Shown: positions 40,169 to 52,871, numbered from the whole stretch's first letter. The stretch is DNA of 63,982 nucleotides, filler included, from Octopus bimaculoides (GCF_001194135.2; 5 parts of 5 records of this genome joined end to end with filler, not necessarily neighbours in it), one strand, 5' to 3'. Translations and numbers: made by a program. The notes: generated by a model from the letters alone, not told the origin.

Positions 40169-40205
<37 letters not shown>
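39728..40205 (+). mobile_element. R4/Dong-like LINE 3' end (RLE domain) with (AAC/GAC/AAT)n tail
   Basis: WDF..AKRPD..LIDFAIP..K.EKYQDLARE..LW..LQKSTIL..KILRKILEI shows the PD..D..K RLE motif; followed by a trinucleotide tail. Confidence 0.85.
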
Positions 40206-40207
<2 letters not shown>

Positions 40208-41143
40208 TGTGTGGGTGGTGAGAGAGAGCGAGAGTGAGAGAGAGAGTGAGTGCGAGAGAGAGTAAGGTATCATTAGTATTTACTTATAGCTAGCAAGATA
40301 TGCTTTGGTGCGTGGAAAAGACAATATTAGTTAATGACTAATATTGTTTTAATTCTTCCAAAAGAAGCGGGAGAACACCAGCTATGTTTCAACCTTACAG
40401 AACCTCCTCAGAAAGCATAGGCCTCACTGCGACCTTCGTTTTTCTTTTATGATGATTGTGTGCTATATGAAACGGATTTTGTTGCTCTCTCTAGCAGGTC
40501 TATCAACCACATAGAGACGCCTTCGATTTTAATGTTTGGCAATATGACTTGTCAGTACTGTTAGTACTGCTCTAAACATCGATGTTCTCATGAGAGAATC
40601 ACAGATAAATGTACAATATGATGTACTAAAGTACTTGTAATTCTAAATGAGTACTTGTGACTTCGGAGTGAGAAAAGCAATCTCAAAGAGAAAATCTAAC
40701 GTTTGAAACTTAAACTACTGATTCTTTAAAGTTTTTTTTTTTTACTAAAAGCCTTGACAAGCAACAGTCAACTTTTAGATTCTTACGACTGTGGACTGGA
40801 CTAGAAGGATCTTGTTCTGCCGATACACATTTGTTTGAAGACTATGTTGAATGGCTGATAAGTTGACATGTTGAATTATGAGCTAAGAGTGTAATAACCT
40901 TCAGTCATGTTTTATTGATTACGCTTAAGATTTTTACTTAACGATATTTACAATCGTTAAATACAAATGTATGAATCGGGAAGTGATTCCCAGAGTAGGA
41001 ACTTATAAGTGATGCACCGTAAGTGCAAAGGGACGAGTGAAGGAGGAAGCGACGTCGGGTAAAGACGCGGGCGATTCGAGCGTCTTCTTTTTGTTAGGGC
41101 AAAAAATGGTTGAGAGCCATAGGACCCCAGTACTTATTTTATT

Positions 41144-42223
41144 TGTAGCGTATACTCATTGAAATTCCTCTCTCCATTATTATATATAAATACATACATT
41201 CGAACGTAGCAGATAACAGCTAACCTTTGGCCGCTATTTAGACCCTGTTGTGTCCACCACTCTGATTGGTCGGTATTGGCGCAATTTGTATTTTACTCTG
41301 TCGCGCCAATCTGCGGCGTATAAACAATCGGAGCTCTAAATAAGATCATATGAGGACAGCCTGTTCTTAAATCAGATTGAGGCTACTGTTTCTTATAAAA
41401 ACTCACCTTCTCGTCTCGAGGTCTTTGGTTCCAGACTTTTTAAGGTTTAGCCACTGACCACACAAGTCACAGCCAGTTCCAGCGACAACACCAGACGACA
41501 ACACCCGTCCAGGTTTCAACACAACTCTGTTCGTGAATTACTTTACCCTGAATCAACAGCAAAGATATAACTTGCGAGCCAGACGACAACACTCATCCAA
41601 CAGCATTACGGCAATCTCTTTCTTCATCGCCACCATCATCTTAACGACGTCAACAACATCTCTACGTACATAGCTCAATCAGCGACACTGCACAGCTTCT
41701 AACATAGCACTGTTCGTGAATTACTTCACCATGGTTAACAGCGAATACACAACCTGCGAGAACTCCTGTACAAGTAACCCCGGCAGCAGTATTACAGTCA
41801 CAACTTCGTACGAAACGTACCACAACCGGCTCTGCATTATCGCCGCAACTTCTTGATACAGTATTTCTATTACCGTGTACAATCGACTACGAACTGGTAT
41901 TTCTCATTCGTATGTCTATGAACATTCGTCTAACTTCTCATTATAGACTCTTTCAATGTCTCCTTGTTATTCTTATATGTACTTAACGCACGCACACCTC
42001 CATGTCTATACACGCATACATTTTGTTCTCATGACGGCTTGTCTGTTATTCTGTATACATGACGCACACATAGACACACATGTTAAGCTATCAATAAATC
42101 ATCTCTCAAACATTCTATTCAGTTGTGTCTCTCTCTTTCTTTTCCCTTACTGGCACATTTTGTATATTATTCCAGCCTTCTGAACAGAGTCGTTATTAGA
42201 TGGTTTCACCACGACCATCTATA
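41144..42223 (+). mobile_element. Probable solo LTR (~1.1 kb)
   Basis: Starts TGTAG and ends CTATA (CTACA expected) with TATT on both flanks; CCAAT boxes, TATAAA near 41319, AATAAA near 42093, internal direct repeats (ctgttcgtgaattactt, ccagacgacaacac). The TSD match is weak in AT-rich DNA. Confidence 0.4.
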
Positions 42224-42240
42224 TATTTTAAAGCCTTATG

Positions 42241-42355
42241 CTTATACTATCCGTGCCTTTTGCCAAACCGCTAAGTTGTGAGAACGTCAACACACCAACA
42301 CCGGTTGGTTGTCAAGCGGTAGTGAGGCGTATGTGTGTGTGTGTGTGCGCGCGCG

Positions 42356-42392
<37 letters not shown>

Positions 42393-42540
42393 CGGGCTTC
42401 TTTCAGTGTCCGTCTACCAAGTCCACTCACAAAGCTTTGGTCGGCCCGGGGCTATAGTTGAGGACATTTATCCAAGGTGCCACGCAGTGGGACTGAACCT
42501 GGAACCATGTGGTTGAGAAGCAAACTTCTTACCACGCAGT
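42241..42540 (-). mobile_element. SINE-A
   Basis: Reverse complement of head, CORE-like body, internal (CA)n and tail. Confidence 0.9.
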
Positions 42541-42758
42541 CTATACTTACATTTTAGACACATTCAAGAAAAGAAATTCGTCATACGACAAAATTGATGG
42601 AAAAACCAGCGGAGTGTTCATGTTGTCGTTGTACGCAATCATAAAACTATGACCACCTACTAAATGGCTTGTTGCTCATCATTTTAACTGTCCTGAGATT
42701 CTCATGGAAGGTGTATTGTCATTATCTAGGTATTTTCTTTTTTTTACAAAAAAGCGTC

Positions 42759-43310
42759 GGTGCTACTTTAGCGTGCGGTCTACCGCAGTATTCTGTCTAC
42801 ACTGTGAAATCACTTTTAGCGTGCGATCTACCTTTCCTTACCCTCTTAACCCAAGTTAATTTTAACCATTACGATGTTGTTAAAGGATATTTATAGACGT
42901 ATTTTTACAGAGGCTATTGAGAGATCAAGGTTGGATTCCAAAACAACTATTTTAAAGAAAATGAGAGGCATTAGCTGTGAGCTTTTCCAGTCACACCTTG
43001 ATCACGTTTGCTGGAAAGTTTTGGGAAAAGATACAACAGATTTATTTGTGGCATTCCTAAATAATGTACGAAGTGTGTATCGTTTATTAAGATTTAAGTG
43101 TAGGTTATTAATAAATCATTATTCAACATTATTCAATTTGTTTTTATCATCCTCTTGTATAAAGTTCTTATAGTGGAGGTAGATCGCACGCTAAAATGTA
43201 AAAGGGTAAGAAAAGGTAGACCACACGCTAAAAGTAATTTCACAGCGCAGACAGGATACTGCAGTAGATTGCATGCTAAAGTAGGATAGAGAGTACGCTA
43301 AAGAAGCACG
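42759..43310 (+). mobile_element. Internally deleted Merlin-like DNA transposon
   Basis: ~100-bp TIRs built from TTTAGCGTGCGRTCTACC units, 5' GG; 8-bp flanks AAAGCGTC / AAGGCATT (decayed TSD); peptide TEAIERSR..LKKMRGISCELFQSHLDHVCWK resembles the ISXO2/Merlin transposase C-terminus. Confidence 0.7.
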
Positions 43311-43565
43311 AAGGCATTTTCTATGCTGCAAAATATGGTCGGTATCACTCCAGAAGCCACAATGAATGCTTTTATGTTATGCAGTAACTCTGTGGCTGGA
43401 GGTGAAGAAAACGTGTTCGCATTATAATTTCGCTAGTACCTTGTATTATATTGGTGAAAATAATGTGTTATGAGCTAACTTAATTAATTTGACAAATAAT
43501 GCTTGTTAACGATGTTTATTTTTTAGCTGACAATTGATAATTTTTTGCATGCGTCATTATTTTAG

Positions 43566-44030
43566 CAAACAATTAAGGCCCTAGAATATGATAACAGCAG
43601 AAGTATACACCGCTTAAGCGAAAGTATATGGAAACATCTGAAGAATGGTTTCATTGACTTCAACTACAAGGAAAGGCATGTGTTTCTGCTGCGCGCGTTG
43701 TGGAAAGTACATGACTATCTTCGTAACGTTTACCATGAACATGACGAGGTGGAATTTCGGAAATTGGAATGTATTTTTAAAATTCAGCAAGCCGGTGCAT
43801 GTTTACTCATCTAAGAACATTGCATATCTCATGGCAGAAGAATTCCCATGCTGAAACTATCTTTGCACACTGGCCTGAGATGGCTGTCTCACATGAACAG
43901 AATCTAGTAGAGAAGGGGGAATGGCATTAGTGTATCACAAACATGTGTACATCCTTACCAGAGGAATTTGTTTGTGAATTGGGAAGGAGAAAGTGACACA
44001 CTCTGCTTTTCGAAATGTGAAAGAACGTCC
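43566..44030 (+). pseudogene. Unidentified coding-like segment
   Basis: 82 stop-free codons (..SIWKHLKNGFIDFNYKERHVFLLRALWKVHDYLRNVYHEHDEVEFRKLECIFKIQQAG..) after a ttattttag acceptor-like site, continuing in a shifted frame (HAETIFAHWPEMAV..). Confidence 0.25.
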
Positions 44031-44059
44031 AATGTACTTCCAAAATAGAAAACTATGTG

Positions 44060-44480
44060 AGTTTTGCCTTTCATCCCACTAAGGTCGACAAAACAGAACA
44101 AAGTACCAGTCATGTAGTGAGGTCGATTTAATCGCTTTTTAATCGCCCCTTACACAAATCTCAGACCCTGTGTCTATATTAAAAGCAATTAAATTGTGAA
44201 TTTGTAGAATCGCTAGAACTTCGAGCAAAATGCCTTCTGGCATTTATTCCCCGTCTTTACGTTCTGCGTTCAAGTCCTACCAGGTTAAATTTGCCTTTCA
44301 TCCTTTAGAGGTTGAAAATATAAAGCATCAAAAAGATTATTCACCCTGTGCCTAAATTGGAAATAATTATACAAGGCAACGTGATGATGGAATAGTTAGG
44401 GCCTTAAAATAAATGTCTTACGGCATTTGNNNNNNNNNNGGTCTTTATGATCTGAGTTTTAATCCCACCGAAATCACTTT
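44060..44480 (+). mobile_element. Three tandem decayed SINE-B copies
   Basis: ttgcctttcatcc cores at about 44065 and 44290; head-like segments at 44192 and 44373. Confidence 0.65.
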
Positions 44481-44520
44481 TATTTGAATGAATCGACTAC
44501 AGTAGCTATTTTATTTAAAG

Positions 44521-44658
44521 CCTAGTACTTATTCTGTCGCTCTCTTTGCCAAACCACTAAGTTAAGGGGGTTTAAACACACCAACACCGATCAAGTTGTG
44601 GTGTGGGACAAATACAAACACGCGCGCGCGCGATGGGCTTCTTACAGCTTCACTCTAC
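44521..44658 (-). mobile_element. SINE-A partial
   Basis: ctagtacttattct..ttgccaaaccactaagtt..gggcttctt matches the SINE-A reverse complement. Confidence 0.75.
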
Positions 44659-44699
44659 GTGCTTTAGCTTCGTTACTATGGCAACAGTCCAGATACTTA

Positions 44700-44830
44700 T
44701 TGATCAGACCACATATATCAACAATATTACCACCATCACGGGGCCCAAGAAGCAATATCACATAACACACCACTTCTGTTGCACTTCGGCGAATCTCATA
44801 TATTGCATCATATGCAAACTCTTATTTCTG
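44700..44830 (+). mobile_element. Penelope-like GIY-YIG N-terminal fragment
   Basis: TITGPKKQYHITHHFCCTSANLIYCIICK matches the PLE F.CTS.N.IY.I.C motif. Confidence 0.7.
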
Positions 44831-44929
44831 GCAGCAATTCGAGTTTGGTGTCCAGGCTAAATATTTCGTTTGAATAAAACGATTATTATTCGCCATATTC
44901 AGTCTCTGTTTGTATCGGGAAACACCACA

Positions 44930-46915
44930 AGATAGGAAGTTGTGAGGATGATATCACATTGGACTCAGCTGAAAACCGAATCCACCCTACACGTCACGGC
45001 AGGAACTCAGCGTAACTCCATAAGTGAACAATGGTCGGATACTGGACGAGTATGTGCAGAACGGTTTTGTTACTCTGCGCGCATTTCGAAAAGGCCCGGT
45101 TGGAGGCTCTTCCATAACTGTATCATTTATCTCGTACTAACAAATACCCATCCCTCCGTAGCACTGCAAAGCTAGGAAGTTTTGAAAATTATTCATGGGC
45201 CCAAACTCGAAAGTTTTCCAGAACAGACCAGTCAGTTGATTGTTACTGACGTCCAGAGTTTTCCCAAGGACTTTTGCCCAACATTTAACGCTTTATAAAA
45301 TGTCAACAGAAAACTTCCACTGATCACATTGTTCGACTGGTGGAGGGCTGTGAACGCTCAATGATATTTCAGATGGCAAGCGTCCTATCTCGGTCTTAGC
45401 TTGACTCAGGACTGAGCTCGGTCAAAAAGATGACCTGTAGAAAACGTTTTGAAAACGGTGACCTCTCCTGCTCATCATCAAGGAATTGCTAGAGATATCG
45501 TAACCTCAGCGCATAGTCGTGCATCATTAACTGTCATGCGCAATCGTCCACTCAGCTGGCACTGACAGCAAATGGAGAACCTGACCACTGGTTGATTTTG
45601 GCTCCTGTTACTGTCTCGTAGTCCAAAGCAGTGCCGATCATCTCTGTATGTCTTCTGTTCATCACTATGACAGTAACATCGTCTCCATATGCCGATACGG
45701 ATCTTCGGTATACTAGTTCGCACAAGATGCCCCTCAGCGTCTTTAGTTTCCGCACTAATGGCTGTAGAGCCAGTACATAGAGAAGAGAAGGGAGAAGACA
45801 ACCTTCGTGAACCAATAGCATGATACTGAACGGTTCCGACATGTGGCCATTTACCTTAACCACGAGCAGATATCGCTGTATATTGCGGCCAATGCTGTAA
45901 ATGCTTTACAAGTGATCGCCAGACAATTCTGGCATATAAATATAAAGCTCGTATGGTAGACCATTAAAACTTGAGGATTTGTTCCTACCCCTGTTCAACC
46001 AGACATCACTTCACGTACTTCTGCAGCTGTAATCAAAATTTTGCAACATTCTGCTTGCCTTGTTGAGAGTAACGGTAGGCCATCAAAGTAAGCATTGAGA
46101 TCCATCCTGTGATCAGGTCTACCACTCGTCTAGAACAGTCGAGCAAAGCACCACTGAAAAGTCGCATATGTCTGCTTGGGATCGAACAACATGTATTTAT
46201 CACGGTCCACTAAAGACCCAATTGTGGCTTAGTTGCCACGTTGCGCCTGTGTCAATCAGGCCTATCGGACGGCTTTTGATCCTTCGTAGACTAGAGTAAT
46301 AGAATAATTACCTTAGCTCTGCCAAGCAGTCTTCGCATTTCAGGTAGAAAAATTTTCCAAGGTTCTAATCTAGATCTAAACACATCTATTGCAGTGTCTT
46401 TCCAAAGTGCCTCTTCTAAGTTTCTAACTAAGTCTCTCTCTTTCTCTATTCAATTTTCTCTGTTGCTAATTCCTTATTAAACCTTATCGATTCTACTATA
46501 ATCATCCTTTTCAAGCGAACCATTTGTTGTGGACAATTGTTCCCCACTCCCCGCAATCAACTCCCGCTTAACTAATTCGCTAATCCAATCTTTCTCAGCT
46601 TTACATACCAGGAATGACGCTTCCAGGTTCCCGTAATCGGGTCCCTGCCAAAGAACCCTTTCTAGGTGAACCATACAGATCACGAATTTGTGGTCTGTGC
46701 AGCGGGTCTCTTTGAATTGTTGACAAACTACGCTATCTCTATCAATTGGTCTCTAGAATATTCAATTTGGATACGATCTGGAGGACCTGTTGATGTTTGT
46801 CCATGTTCACATAAACACATTCAGGGTATTCAGTCGTTATCTTTCAAACAGTTGGAAACATCTGAGCAGGTTTGCGTAGCTCTTGCACACCCCTCCTCTA
46901 TTGGCTAGCACTTGG
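44930..46915 (-). mobile_element. L1/Tx1-like LINE, decayed (endonuclease end, linker, RT)
   Basis: EGCLLPSLLYVLALQPLVRKL..SAYGDDVTVIV..YETVTGAKIN (QGCPLSP and YADD motifs); 46690-46915 is homologous to 51050-51320. Confidence 0.85.
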
Positions 46916-49052
46916 ATGAGATTAACGGAAACTATATTGTAGAAGATTCGCATACCGCCATCCTCCATCGCTTATGTTAATATTATGTTAATATTATTTT
47001 ATTTCAAGACCAACCCACTCCACTGAAATTGTTCAAATTAAAATCAAAATCATGGAATGAGGAAAATCATCTTTGGTTTCACTAGAAAATATTTGTCTTT
47101 TACTGAGACTGGAAATTAAAATAATGCAAAAATGGTACACATAAAATGACAAAAGATTTTACATATCGTCAAAATATTTAACATCATGAATTCCATTTGA
47201 GTCTATAATAATCTTCTCTTTTATTCTTCCCGTCGACCCAGCAGTACATTGATGCACAAAGCGTTAATAACGAACGATTGCTAAAACTATTTCCTACAAC
47301 AGCCAAGAAATAGAGACTTTGTCACTTCAATTATCATTGCTTCGATGCAAGCCTTTACTAAGATATTTCACTCAATCACTAACAATCCAAGATTGTTCCC
47401 ATCTATATACTTCTCTTTGATAAAGCATTGCAGGGTTGATAAAATTCCATTTTACTTTGTCTACTAGATAAGTTCTGTGTATAATTAAATCGTTTTCTCT
47501 CTAGTTTCCCTGTTATGCTTTCATCAGTTCTTGTGAATGTTGCAAATATTGGAAGGGAGACAACTCTTATATAATTGCCCTTGTCTGAGCATCCCTGCAA
47601 TCAAAAATACTCCGACCGGACTATCTCGTGTCTTTCTTTTTTTCTTATCAAACGCAATATATCCGCATTTTCATTTTCTATGGCAGTAGGGTATGATTTG
47701 AAGAAATATACAGCTGCTATTTGTAGGAGATCGATGTTATTCTTAATTAGACATGCTTGAGCGACAAACCATTACATCGGAAAATGTACACATGTGACAA
47801 GCTACAATAAGCAGAAGTATAGTATATGAAGAAAAATAGGTCTTTTGCACACATCCAGCTGTTCAATGCGTCACCCACATGACATATTATTCAAATCGGC
47901 AAGATTTGATCTCAGAAGATAAAGAATAACAAAAACAAGCAAAATTAAATAAATAAATAATACGCTCCTATTATTCCGCTAATCAGTAATCAGCAATTAT
48001 GCTGTACAAATTATCATTAGCTATTCAGATGTAAAGCAATAGAGAGAACTTTTTGAGTCATAGTAACCGAACATTGTATAGTAAGGGAGATTTAAACATA
48101 AGATACCTGCGCCATTTATATGTTATATGTGTATGGGAGTGTGAATTATACGAAGTTAATCTCTTATACAACAGGCTTATCGTCATCCTCAGCATCTTAA
48201 GTTTATAATCCCTAAATAATCAGTTATAAGACTTCTTATATCTTATGAAATAACAAATCTCGTTTACTCAGCTACTGGACAATATTGTAAAATAATACAG
48301 AGTCTTATTTTCTTTAGATCACAACATTAATCTCATGTTCTCACTGGCCCTCTTTCTGGTCTTCTTTTATGCGAAAACAATTACAATTTTTATCTTGTAG
48401 TCAGTTGGGAAGGTATAACCAACGACCCTTTATAGGGTTTCCGAATCTGGTAGGTGAGAGGGAAGGAAATAGCCTCAAACCAAAGAATGAGCTCCACTGA
48501 AGGCAAATAATGTACTAGGGAGTGGTGTTAAGCCGTGCAACGGATTAAGTCTACGGCCAAAGAAATGTTCCTAGGACTGCATTATCCAGGGTGTATTCAA
48601 ATTTTTTAAGACAGTATGATGCTGAGTTGGGGGAAATTTAGCTATTATTATTAACAGATCACACGACTACATACAAATTTGCACGTGTGTTCTATATAAA
48701 AAATAAAATTCTTCGAAGGGAAATAACTCTCTAAAGGGACGTAACTAGTTAGGTTACAGAATAAGTTCTGCAATCGATAAAAAAAAAGGCTAAAAGCTAA
48801 ATATTTGCACGCATTTAATTAGAAACTGAACCCGTGTTTCCTGAAATGAATTTAAAGAAGCAGCGTTATGTACTTTCGTCAGAGGGCTTAACACGACACC
48901 AGCAGTAATATCTTACCTAAGACAAACAGATCAAGCTTGAATCTTCAGCTTTCCCTAAATTGGATGAAATAATAGAATTTCTGTTATTGCACACGCACCA
49001 CACACACTTACGTACGCACACACACATACACACACACGCACGCGCACACACA

Positions 49053-49227
49053 GAGGCATGGTTGTGTGGTAAGAAGTTCGCTTCCACACCACATAGTTCA
49101 AGGTTCAGTCCTACTGCATGGCACCTTGAGCAAGTGTCTTTTACTATAGCCTCGGGCCAACCAAAATGTTGTGAGTGGATTTGGTAGAAGGAAACTGAAA
49201 GAAACTCGTCGTATATATATATATATA
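49053..49227 (+). mobile_element. SINE-A 5' half
   Basis: GGCATGGTTGTGTGGTAAG head, GGTTCAGTCC B box, GGCACCTTGAGCAAGTGTC core; truncated at its internal (TA)n by a Helitron end. Confidence 0.88.
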
Positions 49228-49413
49228 CTAGCAGTATAACCCGGCGCTGCTCGGGATTAAGCTAGGATTATTAAATGATTAAGTCCTTTATTTCAAACCA
49301 AAATAAGTAACATCGACATCAGATTTGAGCGAAATCCGTTGAAATTGGTTTGGCTGAAAATGGTTTGCTGGCAATTTGATTAGGAAATCCCATAAGGAAT
49401 CAGTTTATTGGTT
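49228..49413 (-). mobile_element. Helitron 3' end
   Basis: Minus strand reads CCCGAGCAGCGCCGGG hairpin, then TTATACTG, then CTAG|T terminus. Confidence 0.7.
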
Positions 49414-49889
49414 NNNNNNNNNNNNNNNNNNNNNNNNNNNNNNNNNNNNNNNNNNNNTTAATTAATTAANNNNNNNNNNNNNNNNNNNNNNNNNNNNNNN
49501 NNNNNNNNNNNNNAAGTACTAAAACGTTTTTCATACTTAGTAAATTTCCTATGCCATAAATAACGTCAACGCCAAATTGTAGCAAAATTGGTCGCTTATT
49601 GTAACAAAATTCTAACAAAATTGTCACAAATTGTAACGAAACTGGTCCCCGTGTACCGCTGATGCCAAGCGGTAACATTTTGATACGAATCTTGTGAAGG
49701 GCTTTAATGTGTTCTCAGATGGTGTAACAACCACGGGTGAAGTAACCCTGAAAAGGGCATTTTTGTCGTTCTAATAGCGGTAACAATTTGATAAGAAGTA
49801 TTAAAAAAGGTTGTAATTCGTTCTCAGGTGGTGTAACAATCATATGTCTATGGACCATGTGGTGATTTGACAAATCATGCTATTCAAGA

Positions 49890-50110
49890 GCTCGGTTAAA
49901 AACTTCTACAGCATGCACCGTATTTTCTTGACATAACGCCTTCTGGTCATCACATTTTGTGATCGTTATCCAACAGTCTGGGCGACGTGGAACTGTAAAC
50001 ATGACTCGATGAATTCTTCGCATCAAGACTCGGTGAATTTAGCGTCAAGGCCTCGACGAGCTTGTCAACAATGAAACCGTGGACAAGGAAGAAGAAAATA
50101 TTATTGACTG
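49890..50110 (+). mobile_element. Highly decayed mariner C-terminal fragment
   Basis: HAPYFLDITPSGHH..SLSNSL..LDEFFAS corresponds to HPPYSPDLAPSDYH..SL..L..WLDEFFAS. Confidence 0.55.
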
Positions 50111-50179
50111 ATTCTTTAAAAACTCTTGATAAAAAAATAAATTTTTAAATAACTGATAAAAATCGAAAACATTTATCTG

Positions 50180-50396
50180 ACACCTTTAGTCGAGCACCAC
50201 CTTTAGTCGAGCAAATCGACCCCAGGACTTATTCTTTATAAGACTAGTACTTATTCGATCGGTCTCTTTTGCCAAACTGCTAAGTTACGGGAACATAAAC
50301 ACACTAGCATCGGTTGTGAAGCGATGTTGGGGGGACAAACACAGACGCACAAACATATACATACACATACATACATATGCATACATACATATGCAT

Positions 50397-50400
<4 letters not shown>
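50180..50400 (-). mobile_element. SINE-A 3' half
   Basis: cctttagtcgagcaaatcgaccccaggacttattcttt..gggacaaacacagac; carries a 17-bp tandem duplication. Confidence 0.88.
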
Positions 50401-50486
<86 letters not shown>

Positions 50487-50489
<3 letters not shown>

Positions 50490-50905
50490 CAACAGATGGA
50501 ACGTCTCAGCACGACTATGCAAGAGAAAAGACCTAATCGTCAGCACTGAGTTCTTCTGCTGCACGACAACGCCCGCCCTCATGTCGCCATTTAAAACGCA
50601 TGACTGGGAAGTGCTGCCACACCCGCCGTACTCTCCTTATTTGGCACCAATGGATTTCCACCTCTTTCGATCTCTTTCACATGCTATACACGGAGTTTCG
50701 TTCAATACTGATGCAGAATTGAGAGCTTGGTTGGATCAATTTTTCGAGTCGAAATCTGGTGATTTCTACCAACGAGATATTGAAAATCTTGTTGAACATC
50801 GGGAAGAAGTTGTAAACAACAACGGTGAATACATTATTAATTAATTAGTTTTAGTTACAGTTGTTGACTGATGACCAGGAGACTGCTTTTTGTTGGAACC
50901 AATAT
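50487..50905 (+). mobile_element. Mariner transposase C-terminal fragment
   Basis: LLHDNARPHVA..WEVLPHPPYSPYLAPMDFHLFRSL..NNGEYI (second and third D of DD34D, YSP.LAP motif). Confidence 0.92.
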
Positions 50906-50944
50906 TTACTTGAATACGTCTGACATTTCCCGTCCTAAAATCAA

Positions 50945-51445
50945 ATGAAATATACCAAATGTTTAATTTCATATCATTATGTACTTGAAATTCTTCTCTT
51001 AGACGGAAATTTTTGTCCCTCATTTGTGGGCAGAGATAGGAATAGACAGGGATGCAAATGTCTCAGAGACCTGCTCAGATGCTTTCAATTCTATGACAGG
51101 TACCGACTCGACCACCCGAATGCGCCAACGTGGACATGGAGCAACCGCATTGGGTCGTCGAGATCGTATCTAGATAGAATATTGTGTAGGACAGTAGATA
51201 GAGATAGCATAAGCTGTCCACAATTCCACATAGTCAACAACACGGATCACAAACTTGTGACGTGTACGCTAGACTTAGATAAGGCATATAGGCAGGGTCC
51301 CGGTTACTGTAAACTGAACAAGACAGGTTTGCAGAGACCAGATTAGCACGCTAGTAAAGAGGGCTTTGACGGGAGTCATCATGAACAACAAATGGTGGTT
51401 TGCCCTCAAGAGAGCAATAAAAGCCGAAGCGATTAGGTATAGCAA
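50945..51445 (+). mobile_element. L1/Tx1-like LINE APE endonuclease fragment
   Basis: DRYRLDHPNAPTWTW..SYLDRI..TDHKLV (T(W/Y), xDR/DY and (S/T)DH APE motifs). Confidence 0.85.
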
Positions 51446-51552
51446 NNNNNNNNNNNNNNNNNNNNNNNNNNNNNNNNNNNNNNNNNNNNTTAATTAATTA
51501 ANNNNNNNNNNNNNNNNNNNNNNNNNNNNNNNNNNNNNNNNNNNNATATATA

Positions 51553-51601
<49 letters not shown>

Positions 51602-51689
51602 AAAAAGTATTAAAAATTATTATATTCTGGAATTTGTAGCTTTGTCGTACTTTCCCATAAAATATTAAATTTTGTATCTTGTTAAAATA

Positions 51690-52095
51690 AATGAATATGG
51701 CTCAGTACTTAAAAAGCTCATTTTGCAATCACGAGGGCCGAGGTTTAAGAACTGTGCGCGGCATCTTGGGTAATTATCATCCTAAAGTAGTTTGAAAGCG
51801 AACCGCGGATTCTGAGTGGAATTTGGTTGAGCGATACTCCGTGGTAAGGAAATTCCTTTCGCAATTACGAAATGCTGGGTTCAAGAACCGTGCAAAGCAT
51901 CTTGGGTAAATGCCTTTTGCTGTAACAGGAAAAAGTTTTCCTCTTTTCAATTTCACTAAGAAATTGAATAGAGGGAAACGGCACAGTTATGAAGTTAATT
52001 CTCAACTAACGGGATGCCGAGTTCAATTACCGCGCGTGGCATCTTGAGCAGAGAACATTTACCAAAGCCTCGAAACGAACCAATGATTCTGAATA
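51690..52095 (+). mobile_element. Three tandem decayed tRNA-like SINE heads
   Basis: Repeated unit ..G(G/A)GTTCAA(G/T)..ACCG(T/C)GC..GCATCTTG(G/A)G at about 51740, 51875 and 52018. Confidence 0.6.
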
Positions 52096-52330
52096 ACAAA
52101 AGATAGACTGAAAATGAGCTGTAAAATACGGTATCGAATTCAAAAGTTTAGTCTCATTATACTCAGCTGCTCTGATTCTATCTAAAAGTCACGTTCAGGG
52201 TAAACGTGTCAGTAGAAAAAAACCAGTAACTTCGGATGTTAATTCAGTTTGTTGTTCAATTAATCAAGAAACTCACATATCGTTGTCGACAGGTGAATCT
52301 ATCTCTCACAAACACACTCACACACTGACA

Positions 52331-52370
<40 letters not shown>

Positions 52371-52871
52371 CACACATATGCACATGTATGATCGTCTTAA
52401 GCACTCAGGCATATTGATTTATTTTAGCAAGAAACAAAGCCGAGTATTTTATGAGAAACGACGACAACGCTACAAGTTCCAGAATATAATACTTTTCTAG
52501 AGGTTAAAAGCTGAAAAATATTATCTTCATAGAAGACGTAATATAATACCTGGTGTGACAGAAGAAAATGAAAATTTAATTAGAAACATAAAGTTGTAGA
52601 ACTTGTCAGGTCAGGAGCATATGTATGTGGATAAGGAGACATGTGACTTGATATTTTAAGAGCTTTCATTGTCTTCTATAGGAGCGGAAAATTTATTGTT
52701 GTTAAAACTAACTTAAATAGGTTTGTTAATGTTTGGGAAGTATCATATGACAGATAGAAACATTGGGGTGCAAAGATATTCATGTTTTCAAAGTATCAAA
52801 ATGTGTATAGAATCGTATATAAGTAGTAAATAGTTTCAAACAAAAATGGTCTTTAACATCGTGGATATAGG

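Noticed and set aside
48917-48954. Minus-strand segment with good acceptor and AG|GTAAGA donor
   Set aside because: All three frames contain a stop; at most a non-coding exon.
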